A stretch of 64,000 nucleotides of DNA, taken from NCBI GenBank assembly GCA_003193925.1, contig PSPG01000008.1, forward strand, positions 73,848 to 137,847, read 5' to 3'. Positions 9,546 through 20,232 of the stretch are shown here, in pieces (within the stretch, counting starts at the first letter, position 1; each line of letters starts with the position of its first letter). This DNA comes from Candidatus Thalassarchaeum betae. Its GTDB lineage: Archaea > Thermoplasmatota > Poseidoniia > Poseidoniales > Thalassarchaeaceae. The position numbers and the translations under genes were made by a program. The notes beneath the pieces were generated by a model. It ran no database searches, had not been told where the DNA came from, and saw nothing but the letters and a program-made list of their open reading frames with translations.

Positions 9546-10463
9546 TCACTCTGATTCGACCGTGCTCGCAGAGCCATACAGAGTCACGGTGACTATAGCC
9601 ACCAGAACAAGGAAGACTCCGATGGCCTGGTTCTGCGAGTGGCCTTCCTGATGCAATATGAAATAACCCCAGATGAGCGTCAAAACAGGCTGCAGGAGGA
9701 TGGCGAAGGAAGTGTGTGCTGCTGGTAGACGCGGTAGAGCGTGGGCGATGGCCAGCCAACCGGCTACCTGACAAAGCAGTGCGAGCAGGATGAGCCAGCC
9801 GTGACCGGGCCAGATCGGCTGCAATTCTAGCGGTTCTATGGCCACGCTACTAAGTGGGAGCAAGCCGAGTACGAGCAGCCCGAGGGCGGCGCCTACCGTG
9901 GCGTCCAATTGCACAGAAGATGATGGTGCCAGTTCCCTGTTCGAGTATCGGAACAGGATGAGGAATGAGGAGTAGAAGAACGCAGCCATCATCCCGAATA
10001 CGACGCCTTTGACGGGGTCTTCGCCGTATGGCTCTGGATCGGCGAAGCCCGAAATCAGCGCCAATCCGATGATGACTACGGGAAGAGACAGCAGAATGGC
10101 CGGATTCGGCTTCTCTCCGAACAGCTTCCAAGATGCCAGGGTCACTATGATGACCTGTGAGTTGCCAATCAGCGTGGCGATGCCGATGCCGATGAAAATC
10201 ATCGAACTATGATACGAAAGCATATCGGGTGCGAGTATCAGTCCAGCGCCGAAGGCTGTCCATCGTGTGCGTGAGGAGCGCGTGTCGGCCTTGCGGACGA
10301 GATAAGCTAGCAATGCAAGCGCTGGGAGCGCGTACAGCATCCGGAAGAACGCCCCGGTAGATGGATTGGTGTCCGAGTAGACGTAGAACACGGGGGAGAA
10401 CGAGATAGCCACAGCGCCAGCCAGCGCTATCAGCATGGTTCGACGGTCCGAGTCGGCCGACAT
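9546..10463 (-). CDS. EamA/DMT family transporter
   Basis: About 10 TM segments in two repeats; AFFR, LFGEKP, LLQPV. Confidence 0.9.
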   Translation of the reverse strand: MSADSDRRTMLIALAGAVAISFSPVFYVYSDTNPSTGAFFRMLYALPALALLAYLVRKADTRSSRTRWTAFGAGLILAPDMLSYHSSMIFIGIGIATLIGNSQVIIVTLASWKLFGEKPNPAILLSLPVVIIGLALISGFADPEPYGEDPVKGVVFGMMAAFFYSSFLILFRYSNRELAPSSSVQLDATVGAALGLLVLGLLPLSSVAIEPLELQPIWPGHGWLILLALLCQVAGWLAIAHALPRLPAAHTSFAILLQPVLTLIWGYFILHQEGHSQNQAIGVFLVLVAIVTVTLYGSASTVESE

Positions 10464-10473
10464 AGCCGGCCAC

Positions 10474-10803
10474 CTACTCTGATTCGCCGTCCACGAGCAT
10501 CTGCTGGAGCTCGCCGCTCTCGTACATCTCCAGAGCTATGTCAGAGCCTCCGATGAGCTCGCCGTGAACGAATATCTGGGGCATTGTGGGGAAGTCCGAC
10601 CACGCGCAAACCGAGGGGATTGCTCGGTGGTCGGAGAGTATGTCGACGGTGACGAACGGCTGTCCGAGCTGCTGCAGCACCTTCGAGGCGCGGTTGGAGA
10701 ACCCGCACTGCGGCTCCTCCGGCGTCCCCTTCATGAAGAGTACCAGCCTGTTGTTGTCGACTATCTCTTGCAACTCCTCCGGGGACCAGTTGAATTCTGC
10801 CAC
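10474..10803 (-). CDS. grxD: Monothiol glutaredoxin, Grx4 family
   Basis: LFMKGTPEEPQCGFS, PTMPQIFVHGELIGGSDI; GTG start inferred. Confidence 0.92.
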   Translation of the reverse strand: MAEFNWSPEELQEIVDNNRLVLFMKGTPEEPQCGFSNRASKVLQQLGQPFVTVDILSDHRAIPSVCAWSDFPTMPQIFVHGELIGGSDIALEMYESGELQQMLVDGESE

Positions 10804-10807
10804 ATCA

Positions 10808-11131
10808 TCACCCCTTGTCCGGCCTGCGGATGTGCACCCCAAAGAACTCCACTTCTTCACCATGAGGGTCGAAAGCGGTGTCCCCGCTCTCTCCAGCCTG
10901 CTCCGGGGTCATGCACTTCAGATCCAGCGCATGCACGATGTTCTGCGCGATGTGGGGCTTGAAGTGGTTCAGGATCGGTCGCTGCCTCTGCAGCGGCCGC
11001 ACACCCTGGTAACTCTCCGAAATCACCCTGACATGGAAGTGGTCGCCACTGCCATGTAGGTCGGATGCCTCGACCTCGGCGTCGGGAACGACCTTTCGGA
11101 CCTCCTCGACCATCCACTGCTCTGTGACCAT
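10808..11131 (-). CDS. bolA: BolA family protein
   Basis: GDHFHVRVISESYQG, VHAL; adjacent to Grx4. Confidence 0.9.
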   Translation of the reverse strand: MVTEQWMVEEVRKVVPDAEVEASDLHGSGDHFHVRVISESYQGVRPLQRQRPILNHFKPHIAQNIVHALDLKCMTPEQAGESGDTAFDPHGEEVEFFGVHIRRPDKG

Positions 11132-11173
11132 CGAGACTCCCCTCGGGGCTGAGTGCTTTGAATGCTCTCGGCG

Positions 11174-11884
11174 CTACTCGTCGAGAGCGGCGGTGATGGC
11201 AGCGAGGTTCTCGGCTATCGTGCCGCGGTCGTTGATGAGTCCTGATCCCACGACCGCGATGTCAATTCCCCACTCTGCAATCATTGCGGCGTTGTGGTCC
11301 TTCACGCCACCATCTATCATCAGCTTGGTAGCGCGCCCGCCGGCTGCAGACTGAGCATCGATGGCTGCGCGGAAGGCGCGCACCTTGTCCTCGACCTCAG
11401 GCATGAACTGCTGTCCGCCCTTGCCCGGGACAATAGACATCACCAGAACGAGGTCCAAGTCCTGTAGGAAGGGGAAGACATCCTCGGCTGGAGTGTCGGG
11501 GTTCAGCACGCAGCCGGCCTGCACTCCGGCGTCGTGCAGATTCTCGATTAGCGCGGGAAAGTCTCCTACGGCCTCAATGTGGGCGATTACCATGTCCACA
11601 CCGGCGTCGACGTACTGGTCCCAGGTCTCCTCAGCGTTTGTGATCATCAGATGGCAGTCGATGGTGACCTCGGAGCCGAGTCGGTCGCGTACAGAGCGTA
11701 TCAGAGCGGGGCCGAACGTGATTGTCCGGTTGACGACCCAGTTGCCGTCCATGACGTCCATATGGATCCAGTCTATGCCCGCGGCAATCGCTTCCTCCAG
11801 CGTCTCGCCGAGCCTCGAGAAGTCGGCTGTGAGGATGCTCGGCGTGACTTCCACGGGCCGTCGGGGGTGGCTTTCGGTTCTCAA
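11174..11884 (-). CDS. rpe: Ribulose-phosphate 3-epimerase
   Basis: PSILTADF, HMDVMDG, DCHLM, LNPDTP, IDGGV. Confidence 0.93.
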   Translation of the reverse strand: MRTESHPRRPVEVTPSILTADFSRLGETLEEAIAAGIDWIHMDVMDGNWVVNRTITFGPALIRSVRDRLGSEVTIDCHLMITNAEETWDQYVDAGVDMVIAHIEAVGDFPALIENLHDAGVQAGCVLNPDTPAEDVFPFLQDLDLVLVMSIVPGKGGQQFMPEVEDKVRAFRAAIDAQSAAGGRATKLMIDGGVKDHNAAMIAEWGIDIAVVGSGLINDRGTIAENLAAITAALDE

Positions 11885-11963
11885 TCCCTCGGCAGGGGAT
11901 TGTGCCTGCTAGAGACACAAATTGATAGGATGCGGATGCGGCGACGGTCCCACAGGTGAGCGA

Positions 11964-12281
11964 ATGGGGAAAGTTGTCGAGGCGAGTGACGCTGATTTCG
12001 ACATGGTGACTAACAGTGACGAGTGGGTCCTAGTGGACTTCTGGGCGCCTTGGTGCGGTCCGTGCAAGATGATTGCGCCGGTGCTTGAGCAGATCGCCGG
12101 AGAACGTGAAATCACCATAGCCAAGGTCAACACCGATGTCAATCAGCTCTCACCCGGGAAATACGGCGTCCGAGGTATACCGAACCTCATTCTGTTCCGC
12201 AACGGCCAACTCGTCGATCGGATGACCGGGGCCATGCCGAAGCTCGGGATGGACGACTGGCTCGACCGGCACATGGCCTAG
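11964..12281 (+). CDS. trxA: Thioredoxin
   Basis: VDFWAPWCGPCKMIAP; SD-like AGGTGA before ATG 11964. Confidence 0.95.
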   Translation: MGKVVEASDADFDMVTNSDEWVLVDFWAPWCGPCKMIAPVLEQIAGEREITIAKVNTDVNQLSPGKYGVRGIPNLILFRNGQLVDRMTGAMPKLGMDDWLDRHMA

Positions 12282-13822
12282 TCGACTGCCTCGCGCAGCC
12301 TCCGTGCTCGCTCCTCGTGCGGCGCGCCGACTTCCCTCAGCAGTCGGGCGCGCAGCGCCTCGTGCAGCCACATACCATCGCTGAGCTCCAGCATCAGGCC
12401 GCGTTCGAGCAGGTCTGCTGGCGGAGGGCCATCGGCGCCTGCAGCAGCCGCTAAGGTGGCCCATGGGACAGGGCGCTCTGCGACCGCGAGCAGGGCGAGC
12501 ATCTCCCGTCGGTCGCCGGGCAGCACGTCGAGTATCTCCTCGTCGAGGAAGCGCAGCCAGTCCTCGTGCAGGGTCTGGCCGTACATCTCGAGCAGTTCGA
12601 CGGCCAGCGGGTGCCCACCGGTGGCGCGATGGATTTCCTCTGCGGGCGCTTCGCTCGGCAAGTCGAGCGAAGCGAGCCACGCGGAGATCTCCTCGAGAGT
12701 CAGGCCCGAGAGGGAGAGTTCGGACACGCGTCCTCGCGTGTGCACATCGCGCCTGTCGTAGAAGGCGAGATTGGTGCGAGAAATCAGAAGCAGTCGCATC
12801 GGAGAAGCCTCAGCGATTTGTAGCAGCGCGCCGAACAGGTGCGCCCCGTCGGAGCCGATGTTGTGGACGTCGTCAAGTATCACCAGCAGTTCCTCCGAGG
12901 TGCCACCGCAGCGTCCATCCTCATCGAGCAGGTGAGCAATCAGGCGGCGACGATACTGATCGAGGTCGAGTCGGGCGCCGGGCTTGAGAGGGAGGGCCTC
13001 AAGGATGCTGTATGGGTCCTCGGAGTCGTCATCAGGGCCGATGCCGAGCCTGTGCAGCAGGCTCGTGGCGATACCCAGCGGAGAGTCCCATGGCTGGCAC
13101 GGGTAGTACATCACGTCAAGCTCTGGCTTGTCTCCAAGCAGCCCCTCGAGCCAGAAGGAGGCCAACGTGGTCTTACCGCACCCAGCGATGCCGGACAGCA
13201 CGAACATGGGCGTGGCCGAGGAGTGCCAGTCGTCCAGCCTCAGCTTCTCTGCAGACCTGCCGTGAACAGTGCGCGTCTCGGGCAGGCGCGTGTGGTAGGT
13301 GGAGTGGGCGCCCGCCAGCAGGGAGAGAGATCCAGGGGAGGGTGCGTCGTCGGGCTTGACGATGGCCCCGAAGCGGATGTCGCCGAAGTTCAGCACGCCC
13401 TCGTGCTGAGCGTGCATCAGGACCTGTAGCAGCGTCAATCCGGTCTGCAGCCGCGCTGCGGCCTCGTCGGCACGAACCTCCAGCAACTTGCCGTCGTGGC
13501 TGCGCAGGAGGATCTGGGTTGAGCGGAGGTCCGCAATGCGCTCGCGCGCCTCCGCGCGCCCCTCCTCGGTGAGTTGCCACGTCTTCTGGCGGCGCTCGTC
13601 CCCCCGGACAGTGCGAGTGTGCTCGGTGACCCAGTCGTTGGACATCAGCTCGCGCATCGAGCGAGACACGTTGGGCGGGTGCAGAGCGCATATCTCCGCG
13701 ATTCCGGGACGAGTCATCTCGTAGGTCACGAGGTAGTGGTCCGCTTGGTGGTCCTGCTCCCACAGATGCAGCAGAATGCGGTCCGAGACGGGTACGGAGA
13801 CCCGAGCGTCATTGCGCACCAT
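12278..13822 (-). CDS. Winged-HTH plus STAND-like (MalT/NB-ARC) P-loop ATPase
   Basis: N-terminal wHTH (TRPGIAE...VSRSMRELM); GIAGCGKTTLA; LVILDDVH; TGGHPLA. Confidence 0.8.
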   Translation of the reverse strand: MVRNDARVSVPVSDRILLHLWEQDHQADHYLVTYEMTRPGIAEICALHPPNVSRSMRELMSNDWVTEHTRTVRGDERRQKTWQLTEEGRAEARERIADLRSTQILLRSHDGKLLEVRADEAAARLQTGLTLLQVLMHAQHEGVLNFGDIRFGAIVKPDDAPSPGSLSLLAGAHSTYHTRLPETRTVHGRSAEKLRLDDWHSSATPMFVLSGIAGCGKTTLASFWLEGLLGDKPELDVMYYPCQPWDSPLGIATSLLHRLGIGPDDDSEDPYSILEALPLKPGARLDLDQYRRRLIAHLLDEDGRCGGTSEELLVILDDVHNIGSDGAHLFGALLQIAEASPMRLLLISRTNLAFYDRRDVHTRGRVSELSLSGLTLEEISAWLASLDLPSEAPAEEIHRATGGHPLAVELLEMYGQTLHEDWLRFLDEEILDVLPGDRREMLALLAVAERPVPWATLAAAAGADGPPPADLLERGLMLELSDGMWLHEALRARLLREVGAPHEERARRLREAVD

Positions 13823-13902
13823 GGGCCGGTGCGACCGCCCCGGCGCGCATCAAGCGTTCGTAGGGCTGCGCGCCCGGTTGAGATGGCTTTGGTCATATTC
13901 AA

Positions 13903-14808
13903 GTGAAAACGGCCTCAGCGCCCCACGTGGACGAATCCACACGAGCGAGGCTGCTCGAGCTGCAGCGCATGGAGGCGACCGAGGCGGAGGTGTACCGACG
14001 CCTCGCCAAGATGCAGCCCGACCCCGTCAACCAGTCAATACTCAACGGCATAGCGCTCGAGGAGGAGAGGCACGAGGCGGTCATCGCCAAGATGACCGGT
14101 GAGGAGGTCAAGGCGGACGGACTGCGGGTGATGAAGCAGGTCGTTCTGGCTAAGCTGTTCGGATTCACCTTCTCTGTCAAGTTGATGGAGGGGACCGAGC
14201 ACGATGCTGCTGCCGAGTACCGCGAACTGGGCCTCTACGACATCGCGGAGGAGGAGGAGGCTCACGAGCAGAATATGATCGACATGCTAGATGAGGAGCG
14301 TCTGCGCTACTCGGGAAGCGTGGTGCTGGGGATGTCAGACGCGCTGATCGAGCTGACGGGGGCCCTCGCCGGCCTCACCTTCGCCTTGCAGAGCCTGCAG
14401 CTGGTCGCGCTCGCGGGGCTGGTCACTGGTATCGCTGCCGCGTTCAGCATGGGGGCTTCGGAGTACCTGTCGTCTCGCGCGGAGAAGAAGGCGGAGTCTG
14501 CGATCAAGGCCGCGTTCTTCACCTGGCTGTCATATCTCGTGACCGTGTTCCTTCTGGTCGGCCCGTATTTGGTCTTCCAAGTCGACAGTCCTGACTTCCA
14601 TGGCTTAGAACCTCACGTTCAGGCTCTTATGTGCACCTTCGCGATAGGGCTCCTGATAGTCGCTGTGTTCAACATCTACGTGTCCGTGGTCGAGGAGGTC
14701 TCGTTCAGGAGCCGCTTCCTCGAGATGACTGGCATCCTCGGTGTGGTCAGTCTGATATCGTACGGCATCGGAATAGCCCTCAGAGGCATGCTCGGAATCG
14801 AAATCTGA
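13903..14808 (+). CDS. Ferritin/rubrerythrin-like domain fused to VIT1/CCC1 transporter
   Basis: ExxH motifs (EEERH, EEEAH); VLGMSDALIE; AFSMGASEYLS. Confidence 0.88.
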   Translation: MKTASAPHVDESTRARLLELQRMEATEAEVYRRLAKMQPDPVNQSILNGIALEEERHEAVIAKMTGEEVKADGLRVMKQVVLAKLFGFTFSVKLMEGTEHDAAAEYRELGLYDIAEEEEAHEQNMIDMLDEERLRYSGSVVLGMSDALIELTGALAGLTFALQSLQLVALAGLVTGIAAAFSMGASEYLSSRAEKKAESAIKAAFFTWLSYLVTVFLLVGPYLVFQVDSPDFHGLEPHVQALMCTFAIGLLIVAVFNIYVSVVEEVSFRSRFLEMTGILGVVSLISYGIGIALRGMLGIEI

Positions 14809-14859
14809 GTAGGAATCAGCCTCCGCAACCTATGTGTCTGAGACCGCTCTCGCGAACCC

Positions 14860-16362
14860 ATGAGTGCTTACGACGAGTTGCTGGAGCGACTGAAGGACAT
14901 CGATATGATCGGCCAGATTGGCGGCCTCTTGGGCTGGGACCAAGAGGTCCTGATGCCGCCCAAGGCCGCCGCACTGCGCGCCGAGCAGCTGGCTTGGGCC
15001 TCCAAGGCAGGTCACATGCGACTGACCGACCCCCGAATCGGGGAGCTGCTCGAGGAGCTCGAGGCTAGCGAGGAGCTGGACGATGTCCAAGCGGCCAACA
15101 TCAGGCTCGCTCGCGAGTCGTATGACAAGGCCACCAAGCTGCCGACCGAGTTCGTCGCCGAGATGGCCAAGCACCGCTCCGAGTCACTGGTATCATGGAC
15201 CGAGGCTCGGGCGAAGGACGACTTCTCAATCTTCCGCGATAATCTCGCCAAGTCAATCGACCTCGCCCGCCAGAAAGCGGACTACCTAGGCTTTGACGAG
15301 TTGCGCTACGACGCGCTGCTAGATATCTACGAGACTGGGCTGACCGTGGCTAGGCTCGACCCGCTGTTCGCAGGATTGCGAGACAGCGTCGCGCCCCTGA
15401 TCAAAGCCGTAGTAGAGAGCGAAAACCGCCCCGACATGTCGTGGGTAGAGGGGAACTCCTGGGCTCAGTCCGGACAGGAGGCGCTCAGTCAAGGGGTGAC
15501 CGAGGCCATCGGATTCGACTTCGACGCCGGCCGCCGGGACGTCTCGACCCACCCGTTCTGCGGCGGGACGAACCCGGACGACGTGCGCTGGACGACTCGC
15601 TACAGCGAGTCCGACCCGTTCGGCTCACTGTACGGCTCGATGCACGAGACAGGTCACGGGACCTATGAGCAGGGGCGCCGGCGCGACCTTGACTTCCAGC
15701 CCGCCGGCGAGGCCAATGGATTGGGCGTCCATGAGAGCCAGAGCAGGATGTGGGAGAACCAAGTGGGTCGCTCAAGGGAGTTCTGCGAGTGGGTCCTGCC
15801 GCTGTGGCAGCAGCACTTCCCCGAGAACATGGAGGGTGTCAGCGCCAAGGCGCTGTGGCAGGCCGTCAACCTCGTCGAGCCGAGCCTGATACGGGTCGAG
15901 GCCGACGAGGCCACCTACAACCTCCACATCATGATCCGCTACGAGATCGAGAAGAGGCTAATCGCCGGTGACCTCGAGGTCGACGACCTGCCGGACGCCT
16001 GGGACGACATGTACGAGAAGTTCCTCGGTATCCGCGCACCCAACCGCGCCCTCGGCGTGCTGCAGGACATCCACTGGTCCATGGGGGCCTTCGGCTACTT
16101 CCCCACCTACACTCTGGGCAATTTGTACGCCGCGCAACTGCTGGCCGCCGCGCGCGAGGACCTGCCCGAGCACGACGAGCAGATCAGGCGCGGTGAGTTC
16201 GCACCACTGCTCGCTTGGATGCGCGAGCACGTGCACCAACGCGGCAGCATACTCGAGCCAGCCGACCTCATCGAGGAGGCGACCGGCTCGCCGCCCTCCC
16301 CCGACGCTTTCGTCGAGTATCTGCAAGACAAAGTCGAGCGGCTCTATGGCGTCACTGCCTGA
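14860..16362 (+). CDS. Carboxypeptidase M32 (Taq)
   Basis: HPF, HETGH, HESQS, IRVEADE, QDIHW, GYFPTYTLG. Confidence 0.96.
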   Translation: MSAYDELLERLKDIDMIGQIGGLLGWDQEVLMPPKAAALRAEQLAWASKAGHMRLTDPRIGELLEELEASEELDDVQAANIRLARESYDKATKLPTEFVAEMAKHRSESLVSWTEARAKDDFSIFRDNLAKSIDLARQKADYLGFDELRYDALLDIYETGLTVARLDPLFAGLRDSVAPLIKAVVESENRPDMSWVEGNSWAQSGQEALSQGVTEAIGFDFDAGRRDVSTHPFCGGTNPDDVRWTTRYSESDPFGSLYGSMHETGHGTYEQGRRRDLDFQPAGEANGLGVHESQSRMWENQVGRSREFCEWVLPLWQQHFPENMEGVSAKALWQAVNLVEPSLIRVEADEATYNLHIMIRYEIEKRLIAGDLEVDDLPDAWDDMYEKFLGIRAPNRALGVLQDIHWSMGAFGYFPTYTLGNLYAAQLLAAAREDLPEHDEQIRRGEFAPLLAWMREHVHQRGSILEPADLIEEATGSPPSPDAFVEYLQDKVERLYGVTA

Positions 16363-16412
16363 GCGACTTGCCTACGCGAAAGCCCGATAGCGGAGCATCG
16401 GGGTGTGGAGCC

Positions 16413-17501
16413 ATGGGCGGCCATACCTTGGAGGGGCTCGCATCGCTGGTGCGCAACCTCGGCAGCGCCTGCACCTTGCTGCGCATTGCCGACGACGACC
16501 TGCTGGCTGGCTCGCAAGAAGGAGAGCTGATATGCTGGTCAGTCGAATCCGGCACCGAGCGCTGGAGGGTCGAGGTCGACGGGCCATTGTCCGACCTCGC
16601 CATCGACGGCGGTCGTGTCTACGCCTCGGCCTCAGCCAGCCTGCACGCGATTGACCTGGATACTGGCGAGATTCTCTGGAGTCGGGGGCTCGAGGGGGCG
16701 AGCGACTACGTCCAAGCATGGGACGGCAGCGTCTGGGCTGTGTCCTCGGTCTATGAGATCGAGGTTTCCGACTACACCGAGTCGACTGTCTGGAGATTCG
16801 ACGGAATGGGGGAGCTGCAGGAGCGCTGGACTGTGCCTGAACGCGCTTGGCACTTCGGACTGCACGAAGACGGGGGCGTCCTGCTCGGTCTCGGCAGACC
16901 CCGCTGCGGGTTCCTGAGAATCCGAAGCGGTGAGGAGCCTGAGCATCACCAGATCGAGGGTGACAGCCCCGTCACAGTCGGAGCCTGCGGTTCGAGCGGT
17001 CGGTTCCTGATTGGCCACTCCGACGGAAGCGTCAGTACGATCGTCGGCTCCGACGCGAAGACCGCAGGCGAGGGGTCGTCGCCGGTTCGTGCCATCACCG
17101 GCCACGGCGACGATTGGATCGCCGGTCAGGAATCGGGCCAAGTCGTCTCGAGCCGGGGTTGGACCACGACGGCGGCCGGCTCGGTGGACTCGCTCTCGAT
17201 GGGGCCCTCGACATCCGAGGGCGAAGCCGTCTGGGTATCCTCGTGGAAAGGAGACGGGGTGAGAATATCGGTCCTCGACCCAGACGGCGGCGGCTCCCTG
17301 CTGGAGTTCGACCACGGCCATAGGACAAGGCACATCCAAGCGAGCGCAGGTAAAGTCGTCCTAGGGGACTCCAGGGGGCGAATTCACCTGATCGAGGCAG
17401 GGGTCCTTACAAGGCGCGTGAAGGAATCGCCCGTGCCTGCCTCTGACGATGAGAATCGGGAGCGCCTGATGGAGCGTCTGAGGCAGCTTCGCGGCTCTTG
17501 A
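16413..17501 (+). CDS. PQQ-like/WD40 beta-propeller protein
   Basis: ESGTERWR, LHAIDLDTGEILWS blade repeats. Confidence 0.7.
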   Translation: MGGHTLEGLASLVRNLGSACTLLRIADDDLLAGSQEGELICWSVESGTERWRVEVDGPLSDLAIDGGRVYASASASLHAIDLDTGEILWSRGLEGASDYVQAWDGSVWAVSSVYEIEVSDYTESTVWRFDGMGELQERWTVPERAWHFGLHEDGGVLLGLGRPRCGFLRIRSGEEPEHHQIEGDSPVTVGACGSSGRFLIGHSDGSVSTIVGSDAKTAGEGSSPVRAITGHGDDWIAGQESGQVVSSRGWTTTAAGSVDSLSMGPSTSEGEAVWVSSWKGDGVRISVLDPDGGGSLLEFDHGHRTRHIQASAGKVVLGDSRGRIHLIEAGVLTRRVKESPVPASDDENRERLMERLRQLRGS

Positions 17502-17558
17502 ATTCAATAGAAATTAACAGTTGGGTACCCCTGTTTCCGGTGGACTGCGGGTCTGTTT

Positions 17559-17572
17559 GAAAAGGTTTAAGT
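17559..17572 (+). promoter_or_regulatory. Archaeal BRE-TATA promoter
   Basis: GAAAAGG-TTTAAGT; pyrimidine-purine step T/G17597 at canonical spacing. Confidence 0.7.
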
Positions 17573-17596
17573 GGGTACACCTGCCCTGTCATCTTT

Positions 17597-18440
17597 GCCG
17601 CTTCTTTGGAGTGGTGTGGGGGCGCTTCGGCGCGACCCGCGGGCCACAGAACGAAGCCCCGAGAAAGGGGCGGCGGAACCCGGGATCTGGAAAGAGAACG
17701 GGGAAGAGTCGGAACGCCTGTAGGCGGGAAGACGGCGGGAGAGCCGAAGCGGACGAGAGTGGAGAGAACCGGAGAGAACTGGACGAAAGGAAGGGGGAGG
17801 AAGGGGAAAGGAAGCTGGAGGAAGCGGAGGGGGAAGCTGAGGAAAACGTAACCGAACTGGAGAGAACTGGACGCAAGGAAGGGGAAGGAAGGGGAAAACA
17901 CAACCGAGGCAGAGGAACCATCCCGAAGAGATACGCGCGGAAGGGGGAGGAGACGAACCTGGAGGCGGCGTGGAGAACGAAGTGGAGAGACCGACGGGAA
18001 CCGGACGCAAGGAAGGGGAAGAACGGGAAGGAAGCGGAGGAGGAACACGAGTGAACGAGGGCGGAGAGATCCGTGGAGGAAGCTGTATCGGACCGTGGAG
18101 AGAACCGGAGAGAACTGGACGCAAGGAAGGGGGAGGAAGGGGAAGGAAGCGGAGAACGCGAAGGGGGGGGAAACGCCCTTGGAGAGAGAAGATGAGCGAA
18201 GTGGAGAGAACCGGAGAGAACTGGACGCAAGGAAGGGGGAGGAAGGGGAAGGAAGCGGAGCGCGACGAAGTGGAGAGAACCGGAGAGAACTGGACGCAAG
18301 GAAGGGGGAGGAAGGGGAAGGAAGCGGAGGAGTCTACCCGGGGAAGCCCGGGCCTTAGGGCCCGGGGGACACCCGGACCCTGCGGAGTATGCAGGGGGGG
18401 AAGCTCCCCCATGTGCGGAACCCCCTGCTGCTCCCACCTG
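17597..18440 (+). ncRNA. Candidate large structured ncRNA of unknown family
   Basis: Upstream promoter; GC hairpins at both ends including GCGC-UUCG-GCGC; internal frame-independent repeats; no credible CDS; ends approximate. Confidence 0.5.
17759..18329 (+). repeat. Array of 60-nt purine-rich repeats with variable spacers
   Basis: GTGGAGAGAACCGGAGAGAACTGGACGCAAGGAAGGGGGAGGAAGGGGAAGGAAGCGGAG exact at 18095, 18201, 18270; degenerate or partial near 17759, 17857, 17982. Confidence 0.95.
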
Positions 18441-18487
18441 TACCGCCAAGTACGTCATCGGCCCACCTTGTCAGCGTTACAATCATT

Positions 18488-18506
18488 GCGGAGCGTTTCG
18501 CTCCGC
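18488..18506. terminator. Perfect hairpin downstream of fumC; possible terminator or 3' stabiliser
   Basis: GCGGAGCG-TTT-CGCTCCGC. Confidence 0.35.
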
Positions 18507-18540
18507 TTGAGACGGTTTCGGAAGGCTGAGAAAATCACCG

Positions 18541-20142
<1,602 letters not shown>

Positions 20143-20232
20143 ATTTCGCAGCGCGTTAATTGGTTATTAATAAAGTCAGGCTGTCGAGTCGCAGTGCATC
20201 GTATTGTTTGATGACTATTCACGATATGGCAG

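Noticed and set aside
17759-18329. CRISPR array
   Set aside because: Repeats are 60 nt and non-palindromic, spacers are irregular (9, 46 nt) and purine-rich themselves, and no cas genes are present.
17597-18440. RNase P RNA or SRP RNA
   Set aside because: GGGGAAGCTCCCCC near 18397 loosely recalls the RNase P P4 5' strand, but I found no downstream partner strand and no SRP helix-8 motif. An Rfam search is still needed.
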